Assembly: GCA_946184615.1 (NCBI GenBank)
Contig: CAMHFN010000011.1
Coordinates: 5,035-69,034, forward strand
Direction: 5' to 3'
Origin: an uncultured Bacteroidales bacterium
GTDB taxonomy: Bacteria; Bacteroidota; Bacteroidia; Bacteroidales; F082
DNA: 64,000 bases
This document shows, in pieces, positions 53,543-63,597 of this stretch. Both the position numbers and the translations under genes were made by a program. Within the stretch, counting starts at the first letter, position 1. Each line of letters starts with the position of its first letter. The notes under the pieces are model-generated. The model saw nothing but the letters and a program-made list of their open reading frames with translations, had not been told where the DNA came from and searched no databases.

Positions 53543-55591
53543 TTACCAAATGGCGGCTCGCTCCTCCGGCGCGATATACATCTTGCTTCCTTCCGGGATG
53601 TCGAAGGCCTCGTAGAAGTGCGACATCGAGCGGAGGGCGCAGTTCACACGGGCTTCGGCAGGAGAATGCACATCCTCCTTCAACTTGCGTTCAAGGGCTT
53701 TGTCACGGATATTGGTGCGCCATACGGTGCCGTAGCTGATAAAGAAGCGCTGGGCAGGCGTAAAACCGTCAATGGGTTTGTTGGCTTTGGCCTCGTCGGT
53801 CATCTGGTAGGCATCCCAAGCCACATTGAGGCCGCCGAGGTCGGCGATGTTTTCGCCTAAAGTCAGCTCGCCATTGATGTGATGTCCCCTCAGCTCGAAT
53901 TCATCGAACAGTTTCACGAGTTGCCTGGTGTGTTCGGTGAACTTGGTGTCATCGTCTTCGGTCCACCAGTTATTGAGGTTGCCCTTTTCGTCGAACATGC
54001 GACCCATGTTATCGAAGCCGTGGGTCATCTCGTGGCCGATGATCGCGCCGATAGCTCCGTAGTTGACGGCATCGTCAGCATCCATGTTAAAGAACGGAGG
54101 CTGAAGGATGCCGGCAGGGAACACAACCTCGTTCAATTCGGGGTTATAGTAGGCGTTGACTTCCTGTGGAGTCATATTCCATTCGTCCTTGTCAACGGGT
54201 TTGCCGATTTTTGCCATGTCTCTCTCATGTTCGAAACGTTCGTAGCGTCGTACGTTTTGGAAGTAAGACTCAGGAGTGACTTCATAGTTGCTGTAGTCCA
54301 GCCACTTGTCGGGATAGCCGATCTTTACATTGTAGCAGTCGAGCTTATGGATGGCGTTGGCTTTGGTCTCGTCGCTCATCCAATCGACGTTCTTGATACG
54401 CTCCCTCAATGCCAGGCGCAGGTTGCCGACAAGGTTCAGCATGCGATCCTTAGCCTCAGGTGGGAAGTACTTTTCCACATAGAGTTGGCCGATGGCTTCG
54501 CCCAAATAGTCCGAAGTCTTGTCAAGCACACGACGCCAGCGGGGGTTCTGTTCTTCTACGTCATAGAGGTATTTTTTATAGAAGTTGAAGTCTTCGGTGA
54601 CAAGATCATCGCTAAGCCGAGGGGCGCTCTCTGTGATGACTACCCATCGCATGTAGTCCTTGATGGTGCCAAGGTCAGTGTTGAGGAGGATGCCATTGAG
54701 GGCAGTGAAGTAGTCGGGAGAGGCCACGTTGAGGCTGTCGAAGGCCGGTGCTCCAATGGCATGGAAGTAGTTGTCCCAGCTGAAGTCGGGCACGGAGGCC
54801 TGAAGTTCCTGGCGACTTTTCAGGTGATAGAGGTTGTTGGGGTCGAGGCATTCCTCGATGGGCATGGAGCTTTTGGCAAGTTCAGTCTCAAAGACGAGGA
54901 CGTGTTGGGCTTTGTCCATGGCAAGAGTTGCCTCGGTACCAGTGAGTTGGAACATGTTGGCGATATGTTCGACATACTTGTCGCGTATCTCTTGTAGTTC
55001 TTCAACCAGATACAGATCGCGGTCAGGAAGTCCGAGGTCGGGTTGGAAAACCAGCATGATGACCCTGTCGGCGTTTTTCCAATCGGTGTAGCTGCCCGCT
55101 TGAAAGAAAGGCCATCCAAATCCTTCATAGTGGAGCATCCCAATCAGTTCAGGAAGTTGCGACTTGTCACTCATTTGGTCAATTTGGTCGAAATAGGGCA
55201 ACAACTCGCTGTAGCCGCGTTGGTTGATAGCTACGGTGTCCATGCCCGCATTGTAAAAGTCGCGGATCTTCTGGGCCACGCTGCCTTGCTCGGCATTTTT
55301 ATCATGCGTAACCTCATCGATGATGGCTTTGATCTGCAACTCAGTGCGTTCGTCAACCTCGTAGGAGGCACTGTAGGCGGAATACGTCTCGGGTATCGGA
55401 TTGTTTTTCAGCCAGTTGTTGTTACAATAGCGGAAGAAGTCGTCCGCAGGGTTGATGGTGGTATCCATGTTGCTCAGCTCGATAGCCGGGAAAACTTCTC
55501 TTTTTGATTGGGTTGTTTCAGCTGCCTTCTGTACGCAGCCTGCTGCCATAATACATAAAAACAATATGGCGATTGCGTTTGTTTTTTTCAT
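53543..55591 (-). CDS. M13 family metallopeptidase (neprilysin/PepO-like), lipoprotein
   Basis: 682 aa. Lipobox IMAAGC. The zinc motif HEMTHGFD, and the family motifs NAYY and GENIADLGG, are present. Confidence 0.85.
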   Translation of the reverse strand: MKKTNAIAILFLCIMAAGCVQKAAETTQSKREVFPAIELSNMDTTINPADDFFRYCNNNWLKNNPIPETYSAYSASYEVDERTELQIKAIIDEVTHDKNAEQGSVAQKIRDFYNAGMDTVAINQRGYSELLPYFDQIDQMSDKSQLPELIGMLHYEGFGWPFFQAGSYTDWKNADRVIMLVFQPDLGLPDRDLYLVEELQEIRDKYVEHIANMFQLTGTEATLAMDKAQHVLVFETELAKSSMPIEECLDPNNLYHLKSRQELQASVPDFSWDNYFHAIGAPAFDSLNVASPDYFTALNGILLNTDLGTIKDYMRWVVITESAPRLSDDLVTEDFNFYKKYLYDVEEQNPRWRRVLDKTSDYLGEAIGQLYVEKYFPPEAKDRMLNLVGNLRLALRERIKNVDWMSDETKANAIHKLDCYNVKIGYPDKWLDYSNYEVTPESYFQNVRRYERFEHERDMAKIGKPVDKDEWNMTPQEVNAYYNPELNEVVFPAGILQPPFFNMDADDAVNYGAIGAIIGHEMTHGFDNMGRMFDEKGNLNNWWTEDDDTKFTEHTRQLVKLFDEFELRGHHINGELTLGENIADLGGLNVAWDAYQMTDEAKANKPIDGFTPAQRFFISYGTVWRTNIRDKALERKLKEDVHSPAEARVNCALRSMSHFYEAFDIPEGSKMYIAPEERAAIW

Positions 55592-55668
55592 GATGGATTG
55601 GGTTTGTATTTAAACACCAATAATACGGATTTTGTTCGGAAAAGTTACAGTTTGTTTCAGAAAAATGT

Positions 55669-56247
55669 TCAGAATTTCAGTTGCATCGACACACCTGCAT
55701 AAGGCTGGAGCGCACCAGACGGGGCGGGTGCAAGGGAAACCGCGGGGGAGAAACTCAACGCGACGGGCTTTTTGCCATTAATTATGTCTTGATAGCACAT
55801 GTTCTTGACCTTGGCAACATTTTTCGCATCGATGCAGGACCAAATGGAAAGACCAAGGTCGAGTCCAAGCGCGGTGAGCATGACCACCATGTTCCTCTTG
55901 CCCACTTTGGCATCCGTGTAACCGGTAACAAAGCCACTTTCGTTGGTAATAGCAACTTCGGCGATATTATCGGCGGACGTCTTGATTACACTTATCAGGA
56001 TGGCTTCTCCACCTAAGAAAGCAAGGCCGCGCCAAGTCTCACCGGAAAGGAGTTGCCCGATTCCAGGGACAAAAAAGGAAGTCGCTTCATACCAACCCAC
56101 ATGATAAGGGTCGGTAGCTTGGGGGACATACTCCTTGGGATTGTAGTTTCCTTTGATTTCCGAATAACGAACTTTGTTTGCTTGTTGTGCGCTGGCCGTG
56201 GCAAAAGCCAAAATGGCAACCAGAATGGTGATGAATAACTTTTTCAT
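55669..56247 (-). CDS. Secreted/membrane protein of unknown function
   Basis: Trimmed to ATG 56247 (MKKLFITILVAILAFATASAQ). PGIGQLLSGETWRGLAFLGGEA is followed by hydrophobic segments. The protein ends ...VSMQLKF. Confidence 0.45.
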   Translation of the reverse strand: MKKLFITILVAILAFATASAQQANKVRYSEIKGNYNPKEYVPQATDPYHVGWYEATSFFVPGIGQLLSGETWRGLAFLGGEAILISVIKTSADNIAEVAITNESGFVTGYTDAKVGKRNMVVMLTALGLDLGLSIWSCIDAKNVAKVKNMCYQDIINGKKPVALSFSPAVSLAPAPSGALQPYAGVSMQLKF

Positions 56248-56380
56248 GATGTAAGTATTTGATCGGTTTGACATTTGAATGTTGATGATTTTGAGCGCAA
56301 AATTAGGCTCTATCATCCATACCATCAAACACTTGGGACAAATAGCTAAAAGCAGGGACGAAAAACTAAGAAGTCCGTAT

Positions 56381-57226
56381 TCAGATGACGAACGACTTGA
56401 GTTTTGGCACGAAAGAACGTGACACAGGAACCGTAGCAAGGCCTTCTCCGAGTTCAAGGGTATAGCCGTTGGAGTTGCCTTTGGCGGAGGTGATGCTGTT
56501 CAGGTTCACCACGAAAGAACGATGGCACTGGAAAATGTTAGGATAGTCCTTAAGGTCGTTGAGCACGGAAGTTAGTGTGGACTGGATTTCATTCCGGTTC
56601 AATTGCCCGTCACGAACAAAAAAAACGGCCACATTATTCTTTTGCGCTTCGATATAAAACAGGTCGTTAATAGGCAGGCATAGGTCGTTTCCCCTGATGC
56701 GATGGTCGTGAAGCGTGACCAAAATACCTTCTTGTTTCTGGGTGGTCTTTTCCAATAGGGCATCCAACTGCTTGCGCACATATTGATGATAGGATATCGA
56801 AGTGGAAAGAACTGTATATATCAGGCCGATGAGGATTGTGAAATAAACCATTTCCAAACCAGCCGCCAGTTCCATAGGGTATTGAAACAAGATGCAGGCC
56901 ATTAAGAAATTACACAATCCAATGATCAGGATCTCCACGAAAACCGTCAAGGCCTGATGCCATATTCTCCAAGTCTTGACATGTTCATGTAAGGGAACCT
57001 CAATGCAATAATCCATGGCAAGACAACAAACGAACGTAACCAAGCCAAATGCTAGCGACACCAAGAACTTGTTCCCAGCATATTCGCTGATCCCAAACGG
57101 TTGCAGTAAGAATAGGATCAAAAAGACAATGGCAAACGCAATCAGTCCTTCTTTTACTGGATGATCGTTCAACTCAAACGGATATTTCCTTTTTAGAATT
57201 GAAACCTTACCTTTCATGCTTTTCAT
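56381..57226 (-). CDS. Membrane-anchored LytTR-domain DNA-binding protein
   Basis: Four hydrophobic segments, followed by the C-terminal LytTR pattern INDLFYIEAQKNNVAVFF...IFQCHRSFVVNLNSI...VPVSRSF. Confidence 0.75.
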   Translation of the reverse strand: MKSMKGKVSILKRKYPFELNDHPVKEGLIAFAIVFLILFLLQPFGISEYAGNKFLVSLAFGLVTFVCCLAMDYCIEVPLHEHVKTWRIWHQALTVFVEILIIGLCNFLMACILFQYPMELAAGLEMVYFTILIGLIYTVLSTSISYHQYVRKQLDALLEKTTQKQEGILVTLHDHRIRGNDLCLPINDLFYIEAQKNNVAVFFVRDGQLNRNEIQSTLTSVLNDLKDYPNIFQCHRSFVVNLNSITSAKGNSNGYTLELGEGLATVPVSRSFVPKLKSFVI

Positions 57227-57259
57227 ATTGTCCTTTATCTTCTCATTAAGAAAGGTTTA

Positions 57260-58465
57260 TTACAACGCCCGATAATGTTCCTTGAGATAGGCATCTACCC
57301 AATCATAATAAGCTTCCATCTCGGAAACATCATTATTGCGACGAAGCTTAGATAGGGCCGCCTCACCTTGTCGGATCACCTCTTCTTCAAGGGAAAGTAT
57401 CTTTTGTAGAATGCCTGTCCCTTGCTTGTTAAAGAGGACGGCGATATTGCAGTAGTCACGAATGTTGCCGCGCTTTAAGGAGAAAGCCCGCGACTTCAAC
57501 TCCAAAGCCTTTTCGCAAAGCCAGGAATGGCCTGTTCCGTCGTCAGTGACAAGAGCAGGCAACTTCCCCGACGGGGTGATTACCAAAGGCATTGCAACGG
57601 CTGTCAAGGGCCAACCCATGATGGTCCAGCTGACAGTATTCAACGGAGACTCGTCTGGCTTCACACCTTGCACAAGAATGACCGATGCCGTGCTATATCG
57701 GACGGTGTAATCGGCAAAGGGGAAAAAGGTGGTATCCGATTCCGTTTCCGGCATGAAATCGTAGATGTTCATCTTGGTCAGACCATGGGTCATGTAACGG
57801 GGAATATGGGTCACCAGATAGTCATGGTCTAGATGGCCTTCTTTGCAAGCCACTTTCATGAAGTCTGTGATGGCTGCATACCGCTCTACACCTTGATCAA
57901 GCTTATGGTTGCCTGTGGTGCCGAAGTTGGTGCGCATCAGATAGCCATCGGGCGCCACTAAGGTGTCATTGGCATCGAACTTCACAAAACTGTAATTGCC
58001 CGTCTCGTAATAGGCACAACCTCCCTGGGCATCGAGTACAGCGAAGTTGGAGTTCACATCCATCGGCTTCTTTACCGTGTCGATCAGACGTTCGAAGTCG
58101 GCCAAGGTGGCACAAAGGCCTAATGCCTTACGTATCAGGATGCCGTCACTATCGGTGTCGCCCCCATTGCCATTGAGGTTGTAGGCTGCGGTATTGACGA
58201 TGGCAAAGCCCGCCTCGTTGTGACCACCCCAAACGCTGACAGGGGCGGTATCTTCGGCGTTGACCAAGCCCAGATAGCGGTACCTGGGACCTTGGACCAC
58301 CAAAGTCATGTTACTCAAAGTACGGGTGTCGCGATTCTTATAAATCAACGGGCGACCGTCCTTGGTGACACGACCAGAGACAATGACCGAAGTGCAGGCA
58401 TTCGAAGGCTGCACCCCGGCCATCAAAATGGCCAAGGTTACCAAAGCCAGCGTCAGCTTTTTCAT
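57260..58465 (-). CDS. Secreted Cys-nucleophile Ntn-hydrolase (C45/C59/C69-like; family not resolved)
   Basis: The signal peptide ends ...VQPSNA|CTSVIVSGRVTKDGRPLIYKNRDT. A Cys directly after the predicted cleavage site is the Ntn hallmark. Confidence 0.5.
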   Translation of the reverse strand: MKKLTLALVTLAILMAGVQPSNACTSVIVSGRVTKDGRPLIYKNRDTRTLSNMTLVVQGPRYRYLGLVNAEDTAPVSVWGGHNEAGFAIVNTAAYNLNGNGGDTDSDGILIRKALGLCATLADFERLIDTVKKPMDVNSNFAVLDAQGGCAYYETGNYSFVKFDANDTLVAPDGYLMRTNFGTTGNHKLDQGVERYAAITDFMKVACKEGHLDHDYLVTHIPRYMTHGLTKMNIYDFMPETESDTTFFPFADYTVRYSTASVILVQGVKPDESPLNTVSWTIMGWPLTAVAMPLVITPSGKLPALVTDDGTGHSWLCEKALELKSRAFSLKRGNIRDYCNIAVLFNKQGTGILQKILSLEEEVIRQGEAALSKLRRNNDVSEMEAYYDWVDAYLKEHYRAL

Positions 58466-58475
58466 GGCCTATCGT

Positions 58476-60542
58476 TTAATCCAGCACATGCTGGTAGAAC
58501 GTCCCCTCTTGGAAATTTTTCAAACCTTCTTTCAAGAAGTTCACGAAAGCGTCCTTGTCGAGGTCGTAGGCGCGGGGCTTCATCAGCAGGTTGCCCTTGT
58601 GATCCATCAGGCAGTAATACGGCTGGGCGTTGGTACCGAACTTCGAAATTTGGAAGTCGGCATACTTGCGACCGATGGTCTTCTTCTCCTTGCCGTCGTA
58701 GGAGGAAGTGTACCATTCCGACTCGGGCAACGAGGTCTTGTCATCGACATATAGGGCACAGATGACAAAGTCGTTGCGCAACATGTCCTTCACGCGGGGA
58801 TCGCTCCACACATTGGCTTCCATCTCACGGCAATTCACGCAGCCGTGGCCCGTGAAATCGACAAAAATCGGCTTGCCTTGGGCTTTGGCACAAGACAAGG
58901 CCTGATCATAGTCGAAATAACCCTTCAGGTTATGGGCCAAATGGAAGAGGTCGGAGTATTTCGGATCCTCGCAGGTGAAGTTTTCATCACCCTGCACTGT
59001 AGGAGCAGCAGATTGCGCTACCGTCATATTGGCAAACTTGGCATCCACGTATTCAATCACCTTTTCGCTGTTCTCTTCGATGATCCGGTTCAAGTCGAAG
59101 TCGAGGGTCTGCTTGGGCGGCAGATAACCCGAGAGGGCTTTCAACGGAGCACCCCACATGCCAGGGATCATATAGATGACAAAGGTGAAATCGATGATGA
59201 TGAGGATCAGGCGGAACACGCCCAATTCCTTGACTTCCTTCTCGCCTTTGAAGCGGATCTTGCCCAGAAGATAGAAGCCCAGCAAGGCGAAGCACACAAT
59301 CCAGATACCCAGGTAGACCTCACGGTCGAGCAGATGCCAGTGGTAGGTCTGGTCGGCCACGCTGAGGAACTTGAATCCCAAGGCGACTTCAATGAATCCC
59401 AGCACCACCTTCACCGAGTTGAGCCAGCCGCCGCTCTTGGGCAGACGCTGGAGCAGGTTCGGGAAGAAGGCAAAAATGGCAAACGGCAGGGCGAAAGCCA
59501 CAGCAAAGGCAAACATCGTGACGATGGGAGCCCAGAACTCACCCGAGGTGGACTTGATGAGCACCGTACCCACGATGGGACCCGTGCAGGCGAACGACAC
59601 CAGCACCAGAGTCAAGGCCATGAAGAAGATACCGCCGAGGTTCTTGGTGTTTTGTTTGCTGTCGCTCTTGTTCACCATATTGCTTCCCAGGGTGATCTCA
59701 AAGGCACCGAAGAACGAGGCCGCAAAGACCATGAACACCAAGAAGAAGAGGATATTGGGCAGCCAGTGCGTAGCCAGCCAGTTGAAGATATCTGCCGTGA
59801 CGCTGTTGCCACCGACGATCCAGGTCACCAAAATGATGATGGCGATGGGCAGGGTGTAAAGCAACACGATGAAGAGGAAGTACATGAAAGCCTTGAAACG
59901 GCCTTGTGCCTTGCTTTCTCCCTCGCCGTGCATAAAGAACGAGACCGTCATCGGGATCATCGGGAACACACAGGGGGTTAACAGGGCAGCAAAGCCCCAG
60001 AGGATGGCCTCAAGAATCATCGCCCAAATATTCGATCTGGCATGACCGCCGACACCCTCTGTTGCGGGATCTGCTTCGGTCAAGACAGCCTCACCGTAAG
60101 TCATGTTCACATCCTCGGTCAAAGAGACACACATGCCATCTTTGCAGGCCTGGTAATTCACCTCACCCACCAGCTGGAAAGGGCCGTCCTTGAGCTTCTT
60201 GAACTTTTGCCCAAACGAAGCCGTGTTGGCAAATTGTTTGTATTCCACTTCAAAGATGTCGTCGTAAAAAAGCGGGGCCTCAGTGAGGTCATAGCCCTCG
60301 CCCACCGGCTCGTAATACTCGGTAGCTTCAAAGCTAAATACTGTTGGCAACGGGGCCATGTCGGGCATGGTGGTGGAATAGACGTGGTACGACGGCTCAA
60401 TGGTCGCCGTAGCCACCAGCTCAAATTCCTCATCGTTCAAGTCATTGATGGCAAAGGTCCACTTCACAGGATCCATGATTTGGGCTGTCACTGAAAAGGC
60501 AGTGGTCAGCACCAACAAGAAAGTGATAAAAAAGCGTTTCAT
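58476..60542 (-). CDS. dsbD: Thiol:disulfide interchange protein DsbD (cytochrome c biogenesis family + thioredoxin domain)
   Basis: 688 aa. The membrane core carries LTPCVFPMIP. The C-terminal thioredoxin domain has FTGHGCVNCREME. Confidence 0.85.
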   Translation of the reverse strand: MKRFFITFLLVLTTAFSVTAQIMDPVKWTFAINDLNDEEFELVATATIEPSYHVYSTTMPDMAPLPTVFSFEATEYYEPVGEGYDLTEAPLFYDDIFEVEYKQFANTASFGQKFKKLKDGPFQLVGEVNYQACKDGMCVSLTEDVNMTYGEAVLTEADPATEGVGGHARSNIWAMILEAILWGFAALLTPCVFPMIPMTVSFFMHGEGESKAQGRFKAFMYFLFIVLLYTLPIAIIILVTWIVGGNSVTADIFNWLATHWLPNILFFLVFMVFAASFFGAFEITLGSNMVNKSDSKQNTKNLGGIFFMALTLVLVSFACTGPIVGTVLIKSTSGEFWAPIVTMFAFAVAFALPFAIFAFFPNLLQRLPKSGGWLNSVKVVLGFIEVALGFKFLSVADQTYHWHLLDREVYLGIWIVCFALLGFYLLGKIRFKGEKEVKELGVFRLILIIIDFTFVIYMIPGMWGAPLKALSGYLPPKQTLDFDLNRIIEENSEKVIEYVDAKFANMTVAQSAAPTVQGDENFTCEDPKYSDLFHLAHNLKGYFDYDQALSCAKAQGKPIFVDFTGHGCVNCREMEANVWSDPRVKDMLRNDFVICALYVDDKTSLPESEWYTSSYDGKEKKTIGRKYADFQISKFGTNAQPYYCLMDHKGNLLMKPRAYDLDKDAFVNFLKEGLKNFQEGTFYQHVLD

Positions 60543-60599
60543 ATTGAATTAGTTATTATTTAGTAGGTCCATTTTCGGCGCACAAAAATACTAAAACTA

Positions 60600-61862
60600 T
60601 CAAACAATCTGAACTTTAAGAATGGTTTTTGTTTTGTCCGTCACCTTGAAACGGTCGTCGATACGTCGTCCCACCACCCACACAATCTCATCCTGAGCCG
60701 TAGTCAACATCTGGCATTCCTCTTTCTGGTGGGTAGTCATCTTTTGATCCACGAAGAAATCGCTCAGCAATTTGGATCCCTTCATCCCAAGGGGATGGAA
60801 ACGGTCGCCAGCCTGCCATTTTCGGAGTTGCAACGGGAAGGTCAGTTTGTCGCAGTCCAGTTGGGCCACTTGGGGCGATGGATCGATTTGATAATTCTCG
60901 TCTTTAGCGATTTGTTGATAAGATATTTCAATAGAAATATCGTTATTTTTACAAATTGATGTCAATTCAAGGCCATCACGTTCGATGGTCACCCGATGGG
61001 TAGGCGAAAAGAAAGCGGTTCCTGGTTGGCCGTTTTTTAAGGCTTCGTAAATGAAATGGACTTGGTCCTCGTTGAAACCATAATCGCGCAACCACTCGAA
61101 AAGAAGTGGAAAGTGGAGAGTGAAAAGTGGAAAGATTTTAAGGTCAAAAAATTGGGTCTCGCCATACTGCCTTACAATCTGAAGCAGCTTTTCTTTGAGC
61201 AATTCCCGATACAATTCATTTTCCGAGGCCAGATGATTGATGGATTTCAAAATAGTGCTCCTCCCCTCTTTGGAAATGCCATCAATTACGGGAAGCAGCT
61301 CATGGCGAATCTTATTGCGAAGGTAAAGCGTCTCGGCGTTGGTATGGTCTTCACGCCACTCCAAATGGCGCTCCACTGCATATTGCAGAATCTCTGTTCT
61401 CGGAATATCAAGCAATGGCCGAATGATATGACCGTTAACCTTTTGCATCCCTTTCAAGCCTCTTATTCCTGCGCCTCGCAATAGATTAATAAAGAAGGTT
61501 TCAAGCTGGTCATCGGCATGATGGGCCACGGCAATGTAATCGTAATTCAGTTGTTGGCGGAGTTCTTCAAACCAAGCGTAGCGCAGTTCACGGGCTGCCA
61601 TCTCAATGGAAAGCTTATGCTCCTCGGCATAGTTTAGCGTATCGAACTGTTTCACATAGAGCGTCAAACCCTTCCGTTCGGCATAGTCTCGGACAAACTT
61701 TTCATCGCCATCCGATTCCTCTCCTCTCAAGTGAAAGTTACAGTGTGCCAACACAAAATCCGCTTTGGACTGCAGTAGCATATCGGCCAGCACCATCGAA
61801 TCGATGCCGCCGCTCAACGCAAGGATGATTTTTTTGTCTTCAACTAAGGGTTTGATGTTCAT
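60600..61862 (-). CDS. tilS: tRNA(Ile)-lysidine synthase
   Basis: PP-loop LALSGGIDSMVL, followed by AHHADDQLETFFINLLRG. Confidence 0.85.
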   Translation of the reverse strand: MNIKPLVEDKKIILALSGGIDSMVLADMLLQSKADFVLAHCNFHLRGEESDGDEKFVRDYAERKGLTLYVKQFDTLNYAEEHKLSIEMAARELRYAWFEELRQQLNYDYIAVAHHADDQLETFFINLLRGAGIRGLKGMQKVNGHIIRPLLDIPRTEILQYAVERHLEWREDHTNAETLYLRNKIRHELLPVIDGISKEGRSTILKSINHLASENELYRELLKEKLLQIVRQYGETQFFDLKIFPLFTLHFPLLFEWLRDYGFNEDQVHFIYEALKNGQPGTAFFSPTHRVTIERDGLELTSICKNNDISIEISYQQIAKDENYQIDPSPQVAQLDCDKLTFPLQLRKWQAGDRFHPLGMKGSKLLSDFFVDQKMTTHQKEECQMLTTAQDEIVWVVGRRIDDRFKVTDKTKTILKVQIV

Positions 61863-61902
61863 TGTTTACCGAGATAGCACCCCGATGGGTGCAGACAACA
61901 CA

Positions 61903-62469
61903 TTACTTCTTTTTCTTCACCGAGAACCCAAAACCGCCGATCTTCTCCCCCAACCCATAATACTTGCCGTGCGAATAGGCCAAAGGTCGGGCATGATTCA
62001 GTTGGAAAGCGCCAGTGCCTTTGTCAATCAAGTCTTCTTCAGCGTTGATGGCCACCACCTCGGCAATAAACATGTCGTGCGAACCCAGTTCCTTCACCTC
62101 CACCACCTTGCATTCGATGTTCAACGGCGACTCCTTTATTAAGGGTGCCTTTACGATTTGTGCCGGTTCCGTATGGAGATGCATCTGCTTGAACTTGTTG
62201 TAGTCACGACCTGAGCGCACCCCACACCAGTCGGTGGCGGCGGCCAATTCCTCTGTGGTCAGGTTGATGACAAACTCCTTGTTTTTCATGATAAGTTCGT
62301 GAGAGTGGCGTTCCTTGCGCACAGAGATATAACACATGGGCGGGTCGGAACAGATCGTGCCCGTCCAACCGATGGTGATGATGTTATAATTCTCCTCACA
62401 GTCGCCGCAAGTGACCATTACAGCGGGCAGTGGGTAGATCAGGGTTCCGGGTTTGAAAGGAACTTTCAT
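61903..62469 (-). CDS. Flavin reductase-like (FMN-binding split-barrel) protein
   Basis: 188 aa. PLPAVMVTCGD...NIITIGWTG...DPPMCYISV is the flavin reductase domain pattern. Confidence 0.7.
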   Translation of the reverse strand: MKVPFKPGTLIYPLPAVMVTCGDCEENYNIITIGWTGTICSDPPMCYISVRKERHSHELIMKNKEFVINLTTEELAAATDWCGVRSGRDYNKFKQMHLHTEPAQIVKAPLIKESPLNIECKVVEVKELGSHDMFIAEVVAINAEEDLIDKGTGAFQLNHARPLAYSHGKYYGLGEKIGGFGFSVKKKK

Positions 62470-62473
62470 TCAA

Positions 62474-62501
62474 TTAAGAATTTAGAATTTAGAGTTACAA
62501 A
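62474..62501. repeat. Heptamer tandem repeat (TTAAGAA TTTAGAA TTTAGAG TTACAAA) in the leader of the flavin reductase gene
   Basis: Read directly. It starts 4 nt beyond the minus-strand ATG at 62469. Confidence 0.75.
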
Positions 62502-62504
62502 AAT

Positions 62505-62536
62505 AAAAAATCCCGCTCAATTGAGCGGGATTTTTT
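62505..62536. terminator. Bidirectional rho-independent terminator
   Basis: The palindrome tcccgctcaattgagcggga is flanked by A6 and T6. It lies downstream of the korB stop on the minus strand. Confidence 0.75.
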
Positions 62537-62555
62537 ACTTCAAAACGTCAAACGC

Positions 62556-63590
62556 TTATTCGATGTTCCAAGTGGAGCCACTGTTCAGCAGATCGTCCAT
62601 GCAGTGGATCTTCGAGTTAGCCTTCTCGTTAGCGATGACTTGATCAAGGCTGTCGTTAAAGGTCGGGGCTTTCACGTCGCGGATGACACCGATGGCGACT
62701 GGGAAATGAGGCGGTGCCATGTGGGCGAGCATCATGTGGAGGCCGGTGTCTTCAATGGTCTTATCGTGCACCAGGATGTCCTTCTCGGTGATGCCATTCT
62801 CGCCGATGGTGACCACTTCGAGTTGGTTGCCGTTCAGGCGGATGCCTTTGTCGCGGTTCTTGCCGAAGATCAGCGGCTGACCATGGACGCACTTCACCTG
62901 CATGTCATCGCGGACATCGCGGCCAGTGATATTCTCATGCACACCGTTGGAGAAGATCATGCAGTTTTGCAGGACCTCGGTCACGGCGATACCATCGTGG
63001 TGGTAGGATTCCATGAAGATCTCGGTGAGTTCCTTGGGGTTGACATCCACGCCACGAGCGAAGAAGGTCGCCTTGGCACCGATGGCGAGTTCACCAGGAT
63101 TGAACGGATCTTCATAGGTACCTTGAGGAGAAGTCTTGGTCTTGGTACCACGGAAGGTGCAGGGGGAGAACTGACCCTTGGTCATACCATAGATACGGTT
63201 ATTGAACAGGATCAGGTTGATGTCAATGTTACGGCGGCAGGCGTGGATGAAGTGGTTACCACCGATGGCGGTGCAGTCACCGTCGCCAGTGATCATCCAC
63301 ACGCTCAGCTTCGGGTTGGCCAGCTTCACGCCTGTTGCGCAAGCGGCGGCACGACCGTGGATGCTGTGGAAGCCGTAGGTGTTCATATAATAAGGGAAGC
63401 GCGAGGAGCATCCGATGCCGGACACCACCACGATGTCTTCTTTCTTAACGCCCAACTTGGGAAATACGTCTTGCATGGCCTTCAAGATGGCATGGTCACC
63501 ACAACCGGGGCACCATTTCACCACCTGGTCACTTGCAAAATCCTCTTTGGTCAGCTGAATGGCTTGATTTTCGATATTCTGATTTTCCAT
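62556..63590 (-). CDS. korB: 2-oxoglutarate/2-oxoacid:ferredoxin oxidoreductase, beta (TPP-binding) subunit
   Basis: WCPGCGDHAIL, GIGCSSRFPYY and GDGDCTAIGGNHFIHACRRN are present. Confidence 0.85.
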   Translation of the reverse strand: MENQNIENQAIQLTKEDFASDQVVKWCPGCGDHAILKAMQDVFPKLGVKKEDIVVVSGIGCSSRFPYYMNTYGFHSIHGRAAACATGVKLANPKLSVWMITGDGDCTAIGGNHFIHACRRNIDINLILFNNRIYGMTKGQFSPCTFRGTKTKTSPQGTYEDPFNPGELAIGAKATFFARGVDVNPKELTEIFMESYHHDGIAVTEVLQNCMIFSNGVHENITGRDVRDDMQVKCVHGQPLIFGKNRDKGIRLNGNQLEVVTIGENGITEKDILVHDKTIEDTGLHMMLAHMAPPHFPVAIGVIRDVKAPTFNDSLDQVIANEKANSKIHCMDDLLNSGSTWNIE

Positions 63591-63597
63591 GGTCGTA

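Noticed and set aside
53879-54997. 372-aa ORF on the plus strand
   Set aside because: Antisense shadow of the M13 peptidase gene (HEMTHGFD on the other strand), with no recognisable motifs.
56248-56380. Four TCAAA motifs upstream of the small membrane-protein gene, considered as LytTR binding repeats
   Set aside because: The spacing is irregular (about 16, 7 and 10 nt) and the motif is only 5 nt long, so it cannot be distinguished from chance in AT-rich DNA.
58845-59981. 378-aa ORF on the plus strand
   Set aside because: Antisense shadow of dsbD, rich in charged residues and lacking motifs.
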